Shown piece by piece: positions 1-7,634 of a stretch of DNA of 52,275 nucleotides. A program made the position numbers and the translations under genes. Position 1 is the stretch's first letter; the number at the start of each line of letters is the position of its first letter. The DNA comes from Burkholderiales bacterium (GTDB lineage Bacteria > Pseudomonadota > Gammaproteobacteria > Burkholderiales > SG8-39): the NCBI GenBank assembly GCA_035549805.1, contig DASZQH010000245.1:1-52275 (forward strand), given 5' to 3'. The notes under the pieces are model-generated. The model worked only from the letters and a program-made list of their open reading frames with translations, was not told the DNA's origin and did no database searches.

Positions 1-3000
1 GCTGTCCGGGTCCGAAGAGGTCAACTGACCGCCGGTGCTGAGCGCGGCGTTGGTCTCCGTTACCGTCGCCGTGGCGACGCCGCCGATCACCGTCGCGTCA
101 TCCGTGCCGTTGATCGTCACCGTCACCACTTGCGAGGTGCCATCCGCGGTCGTGACCGTGAAGCTGTCGGTCACCGTCTGGCCGGCAGCAAGGTTGTTCA
201 GGGCGGAGCCCGTCGTGTAGGTCCACGCCCCGCTCGCGTCCACGCTGAAGCTGCCGTAGCCGTTGCTGCCCGCAACACCCGCCTGGACATTGAAGGCGGC
301 GCTGGAGTCAGGATCGCTAGAGGTGAGCTGGCCGCCCGTCGACAGGACCGAGTTCGTCTCCGACACCGTCGAAGTCGCCACCCCTCCGATCACTGTCGCG
401 TCGTTTACCGCGGTCACGTTGATCGTGGACGTGACCGTGTTGGAGTTGGCCGCGCTGTCGTTGATCACGAAGCTGACCGTGCGCGCCGATGTGCTCGGAT
501 TGTCCGAGCTGTTGGAATACTGCACCGCACGCAGCGCCGCCTGCCATTGCGCCACCGTCGCCGTATTCCCCGCCGACGAGAGCGTCATAACGCCCGTCGT
601 CGCGTCGTAGCTGCCGGCGATGTTGCCCATCGTCCCGGGGTTGTTCGTGTAACTCAGGACATCCTGGCCGGACTGGAATCCGCCCGTGATCGACACCGTC
701 GCGCCCGACAGCGTCGCGTTATCCGGGTCCGAAACCGTGATCGACGTATTGACCGCCGTGGCGGCGCCGTTCTCCGTGTAGTTCAGCGTACTGCCAGTCG
801 CGAGCACCGGTGCATCGTTAACCGGCGCGACATCCACGGTGATGGTGTTCGGAGCCGCGTCGAAGGTCGACCCGTCGCGCACGCTGAACGTGAAGGAGGC
901 GTACGACGCTCCGTTCGCGTTCGCCGCGGGCGTGAAGCGAAGGCGATTCGCGCCGATGTCCGCCGCGCTGATCACCTGTCCCGAGCTGACCGCTGTCCAA
1001 TTCCCGCTTCCCGTCGTGTCGTACTGGAGTGCTCCGGCAGCCGGAAGGCTGTCGATCCTCACGGCCCCGAGCGTGTCCGCGGAATCGACGTCGCTGAAGC
1101 CGAAGTTCGCCGCCGCAAAGACGTGCGGGGTGTCTTCGCTGGTCGTGACCGTTGCATCGGTGCCCGTGGGGGCATCGTTGACCGGAACGACGTCGATGGT
1201 ACTGACCGCCGTATTGCTCCAGACATTGGTCGTGTCCCGGACGCTGACCTCCACCAAGCGGGCCACGCTGCCCGGATCATCGCCGGTGTTGCTGAACCGG
1301 ATCGCCTCGATGGCGGTCTGGTAGTTCGCCTTGCTGGAGGAGCCGATGAGGACGAGCGTCGTCGAGGTGGAAGACGCGTCGAGCGTAATCCCCCCGGGGA
1401 GCGCACCGGCGATCGTGAGCTGGTCTCCCGCCTGCGCGTTGCTGATGGTGATGACGGCACGGTTGATGTTGGTGCCGTCGTCCGTGACGATGGTATCGGT
1501 GTCGGCAATAGCGACAGCGGCGCCGTTTTCCGTGTAGGTGGTGGCATGACCGCTAGGCTCGGCGGTCACCGTGACGTTGTCGATGTACAGGAACTCGTTG
1601 CTGTCGAAGTTCGCCGCCAGCCGGAAGCGAATGACGGTATTTGCGGACTCGTAGCCGCTGAGACTGACGGTCTGGGTGCCGGTGACGTCGTTCTCGTAAG
1701 TCGCGAGCGTCACGAAGCTGTTGCCGCCGTCGCTCGACACCTCCACCACGTAATCGTCGGCGTTGTCGAGGTTGCCGCTGCTCGACAGGGCGAAAGACAG
1801 GCTGGCATTGATATGCCTCGAGAGGTCGATGGCGCGCGAAATGCTGCCGCGCGAGGCCGCCGTCCCGCCATCGTTGTTGCCCGTGTCCGTGAGGCGAATC
1901 GCGTAGTTCGTGCCGGCCACCGGCGTATCGACGATCTGGACGTCGCCCTCCGAGGCGCTCTGCGCCGCGCCCTCGGGGTCGTTTTCGACCCAGTCGCTGC
2001 TCCAGGGCACGGCGCCCCCAGAGGCGCCGGCGTAGGAAACGCCGGCCAGCGTGTCGCTCGCCGTCTCGTTGGCCGTGCTGTCGTTCAGGTCCACCCGCGG
2101 CGGCGTGGTCGCGGTCAAGTTGATCGTGACGTTGTCGCTGTCGCTCAGCGCGCCATCCGAGGTGACGAGGCTCAGCGTCGCCGCACCCGTGTAGCCCGTA
2201 TTCGGCATGAACTGCAGGCCGTTGAGCGCCGCATTGATGTCCGCCGTGGAACCCGAGAACGTCATCGTCGAGTCGTTCGTCCCGTCTCCCGTGGTGAACG
2301 TCAGCCCGGTCATGCCGGAGAGGGTCAGCCGGCCGTTGGTCGCGCCGAGCGTGACCGTCAGCGTGCCGCTGTCGACATCCGAAACGCTGATCCCGTTGCC
2401 GTAGGCCGTGCCGAACACCAGCGGGGCGTTGGATGCCGCAGCCTGCGCGCCCGGCACCGTGTTCAGCGGCGCGTCGTTGACGGGCAGCACCGTGATGTCC
2501 ACCGTGTCCGAGTCGGTCAGCGTCCCACCGGCGCCGCTCGAGCCGAGATCGCTCGTCAGGATGGTCAGCGTGTCGCTCCCGACGAAGTCGGGCGACGGGT
2601 CATAGCTCATGCCGCTGAGCGCGGCGTTCACGGCCGCCTGCGTACCGGTAAACGTCATCGTTGCGCTGCCGTTCGCTCCGGCATTGAACGTCAGCCCGGC
2701 GGTTCCGGAGAGCGAAAGGGTGCCGTTGGCGACAGAAAGCTGTACCTGGACGGTGGCCGCATCCGGGTCGGAGACGCTGATCAGGTTGCCGTTGCCGCTG
2801 GAGAACACCAGCGCGGTATCCTCGTTGATGCTCTGCGCCGCCGGGACGGAGTTCCCGGGAGCGTCGTTCAGCGCGCTGAGCGCGATGGCGCTTGTCGCGA
2901 CGTTTCCTTCCGTGCCGCCCGAGTCGACCAGGCTCGCCCCGACATAAGCCGTGTCTCTCGTCCCGGCGACGGTAGGATCGTCGCCGGCGTTGCTGTATCG

Positions 3001-5190
3001 GATCGTGTTGATCAGGTCCTGGTAAGCGGTCTTCGATGCGGTACCCGTCAGCGTAAGCACGCCGGTCCCTGCGTCGTAGGAGGCAGTGATGCCGGAGGCG
3101 CTGGCGACGGTCGCGTTCCAGGTGAGCTGGTCGCCGGCGGCGAAGTTCTGGACCGTGACGCGCCCGCTCGCCATGTTCGTCGTGTCCGGATCCGTGATCA
3201 GCGAGCTCGCGGATGCCGCGATCAGCACCCCCGTCGCGTCCCCCTCGGTATACGCGTTCGAGGAGCCGGTCGGCTGGGCGCTGACCTGGAGGTTGTCGAC
3301 GTAGAAGTATTCGTCCGCGGCGCTGAGGCTCGTGGTGCCGGAGACCCGGAAACGGATCACGGTGTTGGTCGACTCGTAGCCCGCGATGTCGATTGCCTCG
3401 GACGTCAGCGTCGTCATGTTGCCCGAGTAGGTCTTCAGCAGCGTGAAGTTCGCCCCCCCGTTGCGGGAGATTTCCAGCACCACCGAATCGCCGCTCTCAA
3501 GCGTATTCGACGTCATGTAGTCGAACGTCAGCACGGAGTTGGAGTACGCCGACAGGTCGATTTCACGGCTCGCGCCGGTGTAGTGGGCGGCGGTAGTAGT
3601 GTTGTTCAGGCGCAGCGCGTAGTTCACCGCGGCCGTGGGATCGCGGTCGACCACTTGCACCTTCCCGCCCGTCGCGCCGCCCCCGGTGTTGTCGGTCTCG
3701 ATCCAGTTCGTGGTCCAGGGAATCGCCCCGCCGCTCGCGTTGGCGTAGCTCTGGGTCGCAAAGCCGTCGCTCACGGCCTCGGGACTCGTGCTGGTCGAAT
3801 CGAGGTCGAGGATGGGCGGATTGAGCTGCGTGCCCATGAAGGTGATGTCGTGCAGCGTCACAAGCGTGACGTTCGGGTTCCCGCTGTACGTGAAGGACAC
3901 CGTGCGGATGTCGTTCACGTTGAAGTAGACGTACACGTTACCGTTCGACGACGTGGCGCCGCCGTCCGTGCCGGTGCCGCCCACCGTCACGCTGGTTCCC
4001 GAGCCCGGAGTGCCGGCGGTGATGGAGTTGAACGCGCTCGTGGCGACCTGCGTCGGCGAGATGACGGTGCCGTCGGCCAGCGTGGCGGTGAACTGGGCCG
4101 CCTCCGCGTTGTCCACGTCGAAGAGCGAGAAGCCCACGTTGCTTACGCTGCCGCCGGGCTGGGCGCTGAAATCCATCGTGATGGTGTTCGAGCCGGTCCC
4201 GCCCACGACGAACTGCAAGGCGTTCTGCGCCGGCGAGAGGCCGCCGGTGTAGTTCGACGCGAGCGTCGGATTGCCATTGGCCGCGGCGTCGAGCGTGAGC
4301 GTGACGTCGTAGCCGTCGACTGTATAGGTCTTGCTGAGGCCGGAAGTCCAGGTGCTCACGGTGTCGAAATCCAGCGTGCGAAGCGCCATGACATCGCGCC
4401 AGGCGTCGCGCGCGTCGGCGGACACGGCGATGTCGGTCTCGATCGAGCCGGTCCGGCGCTCGAGGTCCCAATCGCCGCCGAGCGACGCGTGACCCGTCGC
4501 GTCGTCGCTCGACGCGACGTCCGCGCCGGTGAGCTGCGCGAGCTGCTGTGCCACGGCCTCGCCGGCCGCACCCTTGCCGAAATCGCAGCCGTAGATGAGC
4601 AGATCTGCCTCGGCGCTGAGGTGCGCCTTGAGCACCGCGAGGTCCGCGGCGTAGGTGTTGCCCAGCGTCGTCGCGTTCAGCACGCTCGAGCCGAAATTGA
4701 GCTGGCCCTCGGTGCCATGGGAAATCAGGTGGATCGCGTCCAGCGAGTCGTATTGCTTCACCACCTCGAGCATCTGCTTGACGCCATCCTTCGCCGGGTC
4801 GAGAAGGACGACGCGCGTGTTGGTGGTGTCGATGCCGTCGATCAGCTTCTGGAAGTCGCGTACCGACACGTCGACGAAGACGATTTCCTGGCGCACCTCT
4901 GCCGCGGTGCCCTCCGCAATGAGGCGCTCCGCCTCGCTCGCCTGCTTTTCCGCGGCCGGCTTCTGCGCTGGCCCTTCCGATTGCGCTGCCTGAGGCGACG
5001 CGGGCGCGACCGGCGCGTCGGTCGTCGCCTCGCCGAGCATGACCTGCGTCGCCTTGACCCCGAGGTCGATGCCGAGCGCGCCGTCGAAGAGCATGCGCGG
5101 CTCGAGCGCGATCATGCGGGTGCGCCGGCGGGGCACCACGGCGGCTTTGCGCTTGGCGGTCGTGGGCTTGGCTTCTTTGCTCTTGGACAT
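1..5190 (-). CDS. Giant repetitive adhesin-like protein (N-terminal 1730 aa; 3' end runs off the window): DUF4347-type N-terminal domain, cadherin-like NDAP-linked repeats, VCBS-like repeats
   Basis: Not in the ORF track because no stop lies in the window. Reverse-complement reading from ATG at 5190 (GAGGT 7 nt upstream) gives MSKSKEAKPTTAKRKAAVVPRRRTRMIALEPRMLFDGALGIDLG. It continues with EIVFVDVSVRDFQKLIDGIDTTNTRVVLLDPAKDGVKQMLEVV...AIHLISHGTEGQLNFG...ATGHASLGGDWDLE, which is DUF4347-like (about 4441-4890). Further on come repeated VNDAP linkers, SFTFSVRDG, and at the window edge VVTVTINGTDDATVIGGVATATVTETNAALSTGGQLTSSDPDS. No minus-strand ORF fragment is listed in this frame across 5.2 kb, which fits one open frame. 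I translated about 15 segments by hand, not every codon. Confidence 0.85.
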   Translation of the reverse strand, partial: MSKSKEAKPTTAKRKAAVVPRRRTRMIALEPRMLFDGALGIDLGVKATQVMLGEATTDAPVAPASPQAAQSEGPAQKPAAEKQASEAERLIAEGTAAEVRQEIVFVDVSVRDFQKLIDGIDTTNTRVVLLDPAKDGVKQMLEVVKQYDSLDAIHLISHGTEGQLNFGSSVLNATTLGNTYAADLAVLKAHLSAEADLLIYGCDFGKGAAGEAVAQQLAQLTGADVASSDDATGHASLGGDWDLERRTGSIETDIAVSADARDAWRDVMALRTLDFDTVSTWTSGLSKTYTVDGYDVTLTLDAAANGNPTLASNYTGGLSPAQNALQFVVGGTGSNTITMDFSAQPGGSVSNVGFSLFDVDNAEAAQFTATLADGTVISPTQVATSAFNSITAGTPGSGTSVTVGGTGTDGGATSSNGNVYVYFNVNDIRTVSFTYSGNPNVTLVTLHDITFMGTQLNPPILDLDSTSTSPEAVSDGFATQSYANASGGAIPWTTNWIETDNTGGGATGGKVQVVDRDPTAAVNYALRLNNTTTAAHYTGASREIDLSAYSNSVLTFDYMTSNTLESGDSVVLEISRNGGANFTLLKTYSGNMTTLTSEAIDIAGYESTNTVIRFRVSGTTSLSAADEYFYVDNLQVSAQPTGSSNAYTEGDATGVLIAASASSLITDPDTTNMASGRVTVQNFAAGDQLTWNATVASASGITASYDAGTGVLTLTGTASKTAYQDLINTIRYSNAGDDPTVAGTRDTAYVGASLVDSGGTEGNVATSAIALSALNDAPGNSVPAAQSINEDTALVFSSGNGNLISVSDPDAATVQVQLSVANGTLSLSGTAGLTFNAGANGSATMTFTGTQAAVNAALSGMSYDPSPDFVGSDTLTILTSDLGSSGAGGTLTDSDTVDITVLPVNDAPLNTVPGAQAAASNAPLVFGTAYGNGISVSDVDSGTLTVTLGATNGRLTLSGMTGLTFTTGDGTNDSTMTFSGSTADINAALNGLQFMPNTGYTGAATLSLVTSDGALSDSDNVTINLTATTPPRVDLNDSTANETASDTLAGVSYAGASGGAVPWSSDWVENDPEGAAQSASEGDVQIVDTPVAGTNYAIRLTDTGNNDGGTAASRGSISRAIDLSRHINASLSFALSSSGNLDNADDYVVEVSSDGGNSFVTLATYENDVTGTQTVSLSGYESANTVIRFRLAANFDSNEFLYIDNVTVTAEPSGHATTYTENGAAVAIADTDTIVTDDGTNINRAVITISNAQAGDQLTIAGALPGGITLDASSTSTTLVLIGSSSKANYQTAIEAIRFSNTGDDPGSVARLVEVSVRDTTNVWSNTAVSTIDVVPVNDAPTGTDATVTTSEDTPHVFAAANFGFSDVDSADTLGAVRIDSLPAAGALQYDTTGSGNWTAVSSGQVISAADIGANRLRFTPAANANGASYASFTFSVRDGSTFDAAPNTITVDVAPVNDAPVLATGSTLNYTENGAATAVNTSITVSDPDNATLSGATVSITGGFQSGQDVLSYTNNPGTMGNIAGSYDATTGVMTLSSAGNTATVAQWQAALRAVQYSNSSDNPSTSARTVSFVINDSAANSNTVTSTINVTAVNDATVIGGVATSTVSETNSVLSTGGQLTSSDPDSSAAFNVQAGVAGSNGYGSFSVDASGAWTYTTGSALNNLAAGQTVTDSFTVTTADGTSQVVTVTINGTDDATVIGGVATATVTETNAALSTGGQLTSSDPDS
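1555..2095 (-). repeat. Adhesin internal module A2 (about 180 aa); paralogue of A1
   Basis: Hand translation: VDLNDSTANETASDTLAGVSYAGASGGAVPWSSDWVEND...NYAIRLTD...RAIDLSRHINASLSFAL...VVEVSSDGGNSFVTLATYEN...VSLSGYESANTVIRFRLAANFDSNEFLYIDNVTVTAEP. Confidence 0.7.
2110..2868 (-). repeat. Two tandem ~125-aa cadherin-like units inside the adhesin (2483-2868 and 2110-2482)
   Basis: Unit 1: NDAPGNSVPAAQSINEDTALVFSSGNGNLISVSDPDAATVQVQLSVANGTLSLSGTAGLTFNAG...TMTFTGTQAAVNAALSGMSY. Unit 2: NDAPLNTVPGAQAAASNAPLVFGTAYGNGISVSDVDSGTLTVTLGATNGRLTLSGMTGLTFTTG...TMTFSGSTADINAALNGLQF. Confidence 0.75.
3265..3815 (-). repeat. Adhesin internal module A1 (about 180 aa, beta-sandwich-like); paralogue of module A2
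   Basis: Hand translation: LDLDSTSTSPEAVSDGFATQSYANASGGAIPWTTNWIETDN...NYALRLNN...REIDLSAYSNSVLTFDY...VVLEISRNGGANFTLLKTYSG...IDIAGYESTNTVIRFRVSG...DEYFYVDNLQVSAQP. It aligns with A2 through SYAxASGGAxPW, NYAxRL, RxIDLS, GYESxNTVIRFR and ExxYxDNxxV. Confidence 0.7.
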
Positions 5191-5198
5191 GCGTTACC

Positions 5199-7412
5199 TC
5201 AGAGTCCGCTCTCGCGGATCAGCACGGAAAGAATTCGGTAGACGAAGTTTTCGACGACGAAGCGGAATCCGGTGTCGATGCGGACGCTGCCGTGCACGAC
5301 GGCGTTCGCCGAGGCCACGTCGCCGTGCGGCCGGACGAGGACGCGGAATACGGCGTCCTGCGCTACCAGCGCACCTCGCGCGCCCTGCTTTACCGCGACG
5401 TCCCCGCCGTAGATCGAGGCGAGAAGCGGCCGCGACAGCTCCTTCTGCGGCGATTTGTCGACGGACACGACCTCTCCGGTCAGGGTCGGGCGGTCAGGCA
5501 GCTTCGGATAGAACCGCACCACCTGGCCCGGCTCGATCGCGGCCACCTGCCGCTCGCCGACGTACGCCTCGATGAGCTGGTCGGAATCGGAGACGACGCG
5601 CATCAGGAGCTGGCGAGGCCCGACCCAGCGGCCGGCGACGAGATCAGGCGCGAGGTCCCGCACCCGCCCCCCCTGCGGTGCGCGCAGGTGCTGGCGCGTG
5701 TACTCGTCGAGCACGGCCTGCTTCTCGACGAGTCCCTGCGCGAGCCGTTCCTGCATCACCTTGTAGTTTTCCTGCAGCCGCACGCTCGCCGGCATGCGCG
5801 CGAGCTCGACCCGGGCAGAGGCAATCGCGATCTCCGCTTTCTTCAGGCGCACGTCCAGGTCCACCGCCTCGAGGCTGACGAGCTCCGCATCGGCGCCCAC
5901 CTCGTCCCGGTCGGCGACCCGCACCGCGACGACGCGGGCCGGGAACGGGGCGTAGACCGCGTGCTCCTGCTGCGCGCGCAGGATCGCGGGCGCCGTGACC
6001 GTGTTGGAGATCGGGACGATCCACATGAAGGCGAGCAGCACCGCGACGAGCGCCGCGGCCGGACGCCAGGCGATGCGCACTTCCTTGCGTTGCTTCCAGA
6101 GATACGCGAGCTCGGCATAGACCGGCTTGGCGATGAACCAGACCAGCTCCAGGACCATGAGGAACAGGCCCAGCAGCTTGAAGAACATGTGGTACACGAG
6201 CACCGCGATGCCGAGAAAGATCGTCAGGCGGTACAGCCAGGTGATGTACGCGAAGACGATCAGCCCGGCACGCTGGCGCGGCGTCAGGGTCGGCTCCGGC
6301 TGGGGCTCCTGCAGGCGGAAGAAGGTGCGGCGCAGCCAGTTCTTCGCCAGCGCGCCGCTGCGCTCGTGCAGGTTCGGGAAGTCGATCAGGTCCGAGAAGA
6401 CGAAGTAGCCGTCGAACCTCATGAACGGGCTGAGGTTGATCGCGAGCGTCATGATCCACGTCGTGCTCGCGAGGACGAAGAAAACGTTCTTCGCCGCGCC
6501 CTCCGGCGACAGCGCCCACAGCAGGGTCGAGAACACCGCCAGCACGAGCTCGGCACCCATGCCCGCGCAGGCGATGACGAGCTGCTTGCGGCGGTCCCCG
6601 AGCTTCCACGTCTCGCCGGTGTCCGTGTACAGGAACGGCCAGAGCACCAGGAAGGCCACGCCGAGCGTCGGGACCCGCACCCCGTAGCGCCGCGCGGCGT
6701 ACGCATGCGCGAGCTCGTGGATGATCTTGGAGAAGGTCACCGCCACGGCGTAGTAGAGGAACGCCGCCGGCGTGAGCATGCGCCCCATCGCCTCGGTGAA
6801 GCTGTACCACTCACGCGACAGCAGGTAGAGGTCCAGCCCGAGCAGGATCAGCACCAGCAGCACGAAGCCGCGCGTGAAGAAGATGTCCGTCAGCCCGACG
6901 GTCCTGGCGAGGAACGCGTCGGGGCGCACGAGCGGAATCCGGAAGAACAGGTAGCCGTGCAGCAGTTGCTGGTGCCACGACTGCCTGGAAGCTTCGCGAC
7001 GCCGCTTGAGCGCTTCGACGGCGGCGGCGCTGCCGGCGGCGAGCAACTGGTTTTGCGCGAGGAACGAGATCAGGTCCTTCACGTCGTCGGTGCTGGGCCT
7101 CAGCGGCGTTTCTGTGCCGACGCGCGCCACCAGCGTCTCGGCATCCGGCGCCTCGCGCCAGCGCGCGAGGAGCTCGAACTCGAGCCAGCCGATCTCGAAA
7201 AATGCATTGCGTACCGCATCGTGGATGCGCCACGTCGGCGAGCCGTCGCGCGACGTAGCACCGGGGTACAGACGAAGGTCTTCGCGCAGCGCCGGAAGCT
7301 CTGCGGTGGATTTCTTCGCCTCGGTTACCGGACCCTTGGCCCTCGGGTCGTTCACGTGCTTATCCCCCTGTCCCTTCGACCTCGGCGGGCGTCCCCGTCG
7401 AAGCAACGACAT
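5199..7412 (-). CDS. Fusion protein: M50/site-2-protease-like polytopic membrane domain + C-terminal HlyD-type membrane-fusion (periplasmic adaptor) domain
   Basis: 737-aa ORF with GGAGGGG 4 nt upstream of ATG 7412. HELAH lies at nt 6705-6719, and NLSPFMRFDGY supplies the NxxPxxxxDG third-ligand motif of M50 proteases. Multiple hydrophobic segments are present. The C-terminal ~260 aa (AILRAQQEHAVYAPFPARVVAVRV...coiled coil...IEAYVGERQVAAIEPGQVVRFYP...LTGEVVSVD) looks like the lipoyl/coiled-coil/beta-barrel of HlyD adaptors. The stop is 8 nt before the adhesin ATG. Confidence 0.8.
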   Translation of the reverse strand: MSLLRRGRPPRSKGQGDKHVNDPRAKGPVTEAKKSTAELPALREDLRLYPGATSRDGSPTWRIHDAVRNAFFEIGWLEFELLARWREAPDAETLVARVGTETPLRPSTDDVKDLISFLAQNQLLAAGSAAAVEALKRRREASRQSWHQQLLHGYLFFRIPLVRPDAFLARTVGLTDIFFTRGFVLLVLILLGLDLYLLSREWYSFTEAMGRMLTPAAFLYYAVAVTFSKIIHELAHAYAARRYGVRVPTLGVAFLVLWPFLYTDTGETWKLGDRRKQLVIACAGMGAELVLAVFSTLLWALSPEGAAKNVFFVLASTTWIMTLAINLSPFMRFDGYFVFSDLIDFPNLHERSGALAKNWLRRTFFRLQEPQPEPTLTPRQRAGLIVFAYITWLYRLTIFLGIAVLVYHMFFKLLGLFLMVLELVWFIAKPVYAELAYLWKQRKEVRIAWRPAAALVAVLLAFMWIVPISNTVTAPAILRAQQEHAVYAPFPARVVAVRVADRDEVGADAELVSLEAVDLDVRLKKAEIAIASARVELARMPASVRLQENYKVMQERLAQGLVEKQAVLDEYTRQHLRAPQGGRVRDLAPDLVAGRWVGPRQLLMRVVSDSDQLIEAYVGERQVAAIEPGQVVRFYPKLPDRPTLTGEVVSVDKSPQKELSRPLLASIYGGDVAVKQGARGALVAQDAVFRVLVRPHGDVASANAVVHGSVRIDTGFRFVVENFVYRILSVLIRESGL

Positions 7413-7466
7413 TGTCCCCTCCGTGCACCCGGAGGTTTGCTAATTTTGGTCATGATAGGATGCCGG

Positions 7467-7508
7467 AAAATTCAAGCGGAGCAAATACTTAACTCGTAAA
7501 ATTCAAGC
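7467..7508 (-). promoter_or_regulatory. AT-rich promoter island with perfect 11-bp direct repeat AAAATTCAAGC (7467-7477 and 7498-7508; GCTTGAATTTT on the coding strand), 31 bp apart
   Basis: Read directly from the sequence. It lies 55-96 bp upstream of the M50-HlyD ATG. Local GC is far below the window average. On the minus strand TTGTCA-N17-TTGAAT overlaps the distal repeat. Confidence 0.45.
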
Positions 7509-7594
7509 TTCGCTAGAGATTGCTGACAACTTCCCCCAATCACGCGTGCAAGGTAGCGCGCCCGTGGGCCTCCGGAAATCGGGGAAAACCTCAG

Positions 7595-7634
7595 AAAATC
7601 AGGGAGAAACCCTGAGTCGCCCGCTACTGCGGGC
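7595..7634 (-). terminator. Candidate intrinsic terminator(s) after cysS
   Basis: On the minus strand, GCCCGC-AGTA-GCGGGC (7619-7634) abuts the TAG stop. It is followed by TCAGGG-TTTCT-CCCTGA (7599-7615) and then TTTTCT. The stems are short (6 bp). Confidence 0.4.

Noticed and set aside
4890-4905. Possible LapG-type di-alanine cleavage site (GTAAEV) in the adhesin N-terminus
   Set aside because: TAAE does not match the T/P/A-AA-G/V site as I remember it. No LapG/LapD-like genes are visible, so the resemblance is probably coincidental.
130-5241. 1703-aa plus-strand ORF, together with the many T/V/A/S-rich plus-strand ORFs at 35-4993
   Set aside because: Its Arg/Gly/Val-rich composition shows no motifs. 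It lies antisense to a minus-strand frame with clear DUF4347/cadherin/VCBS homology. It is a typical high-GC shadow frame.
5292-7499. 735-aa plus-strand ORF opposite the M50-HlyD gene, together with the minus-strand alternative-frame ORFs at 5644-7233
   Set aside because: These are Arg/Glu/His-rich junk with no motifs. The 5199..7412 minus frame carries the HExxH and HlyD signatures and a good SD.
7452-7499. 15-codon plus-strand mini-ORF (MIGCRKIQAEQILNS) in the AT-rich island
   Set aside because: It has no SD, runs opposite to the flanking transcription, and overlaps the direct repeats. It is most likely a chance ORF.
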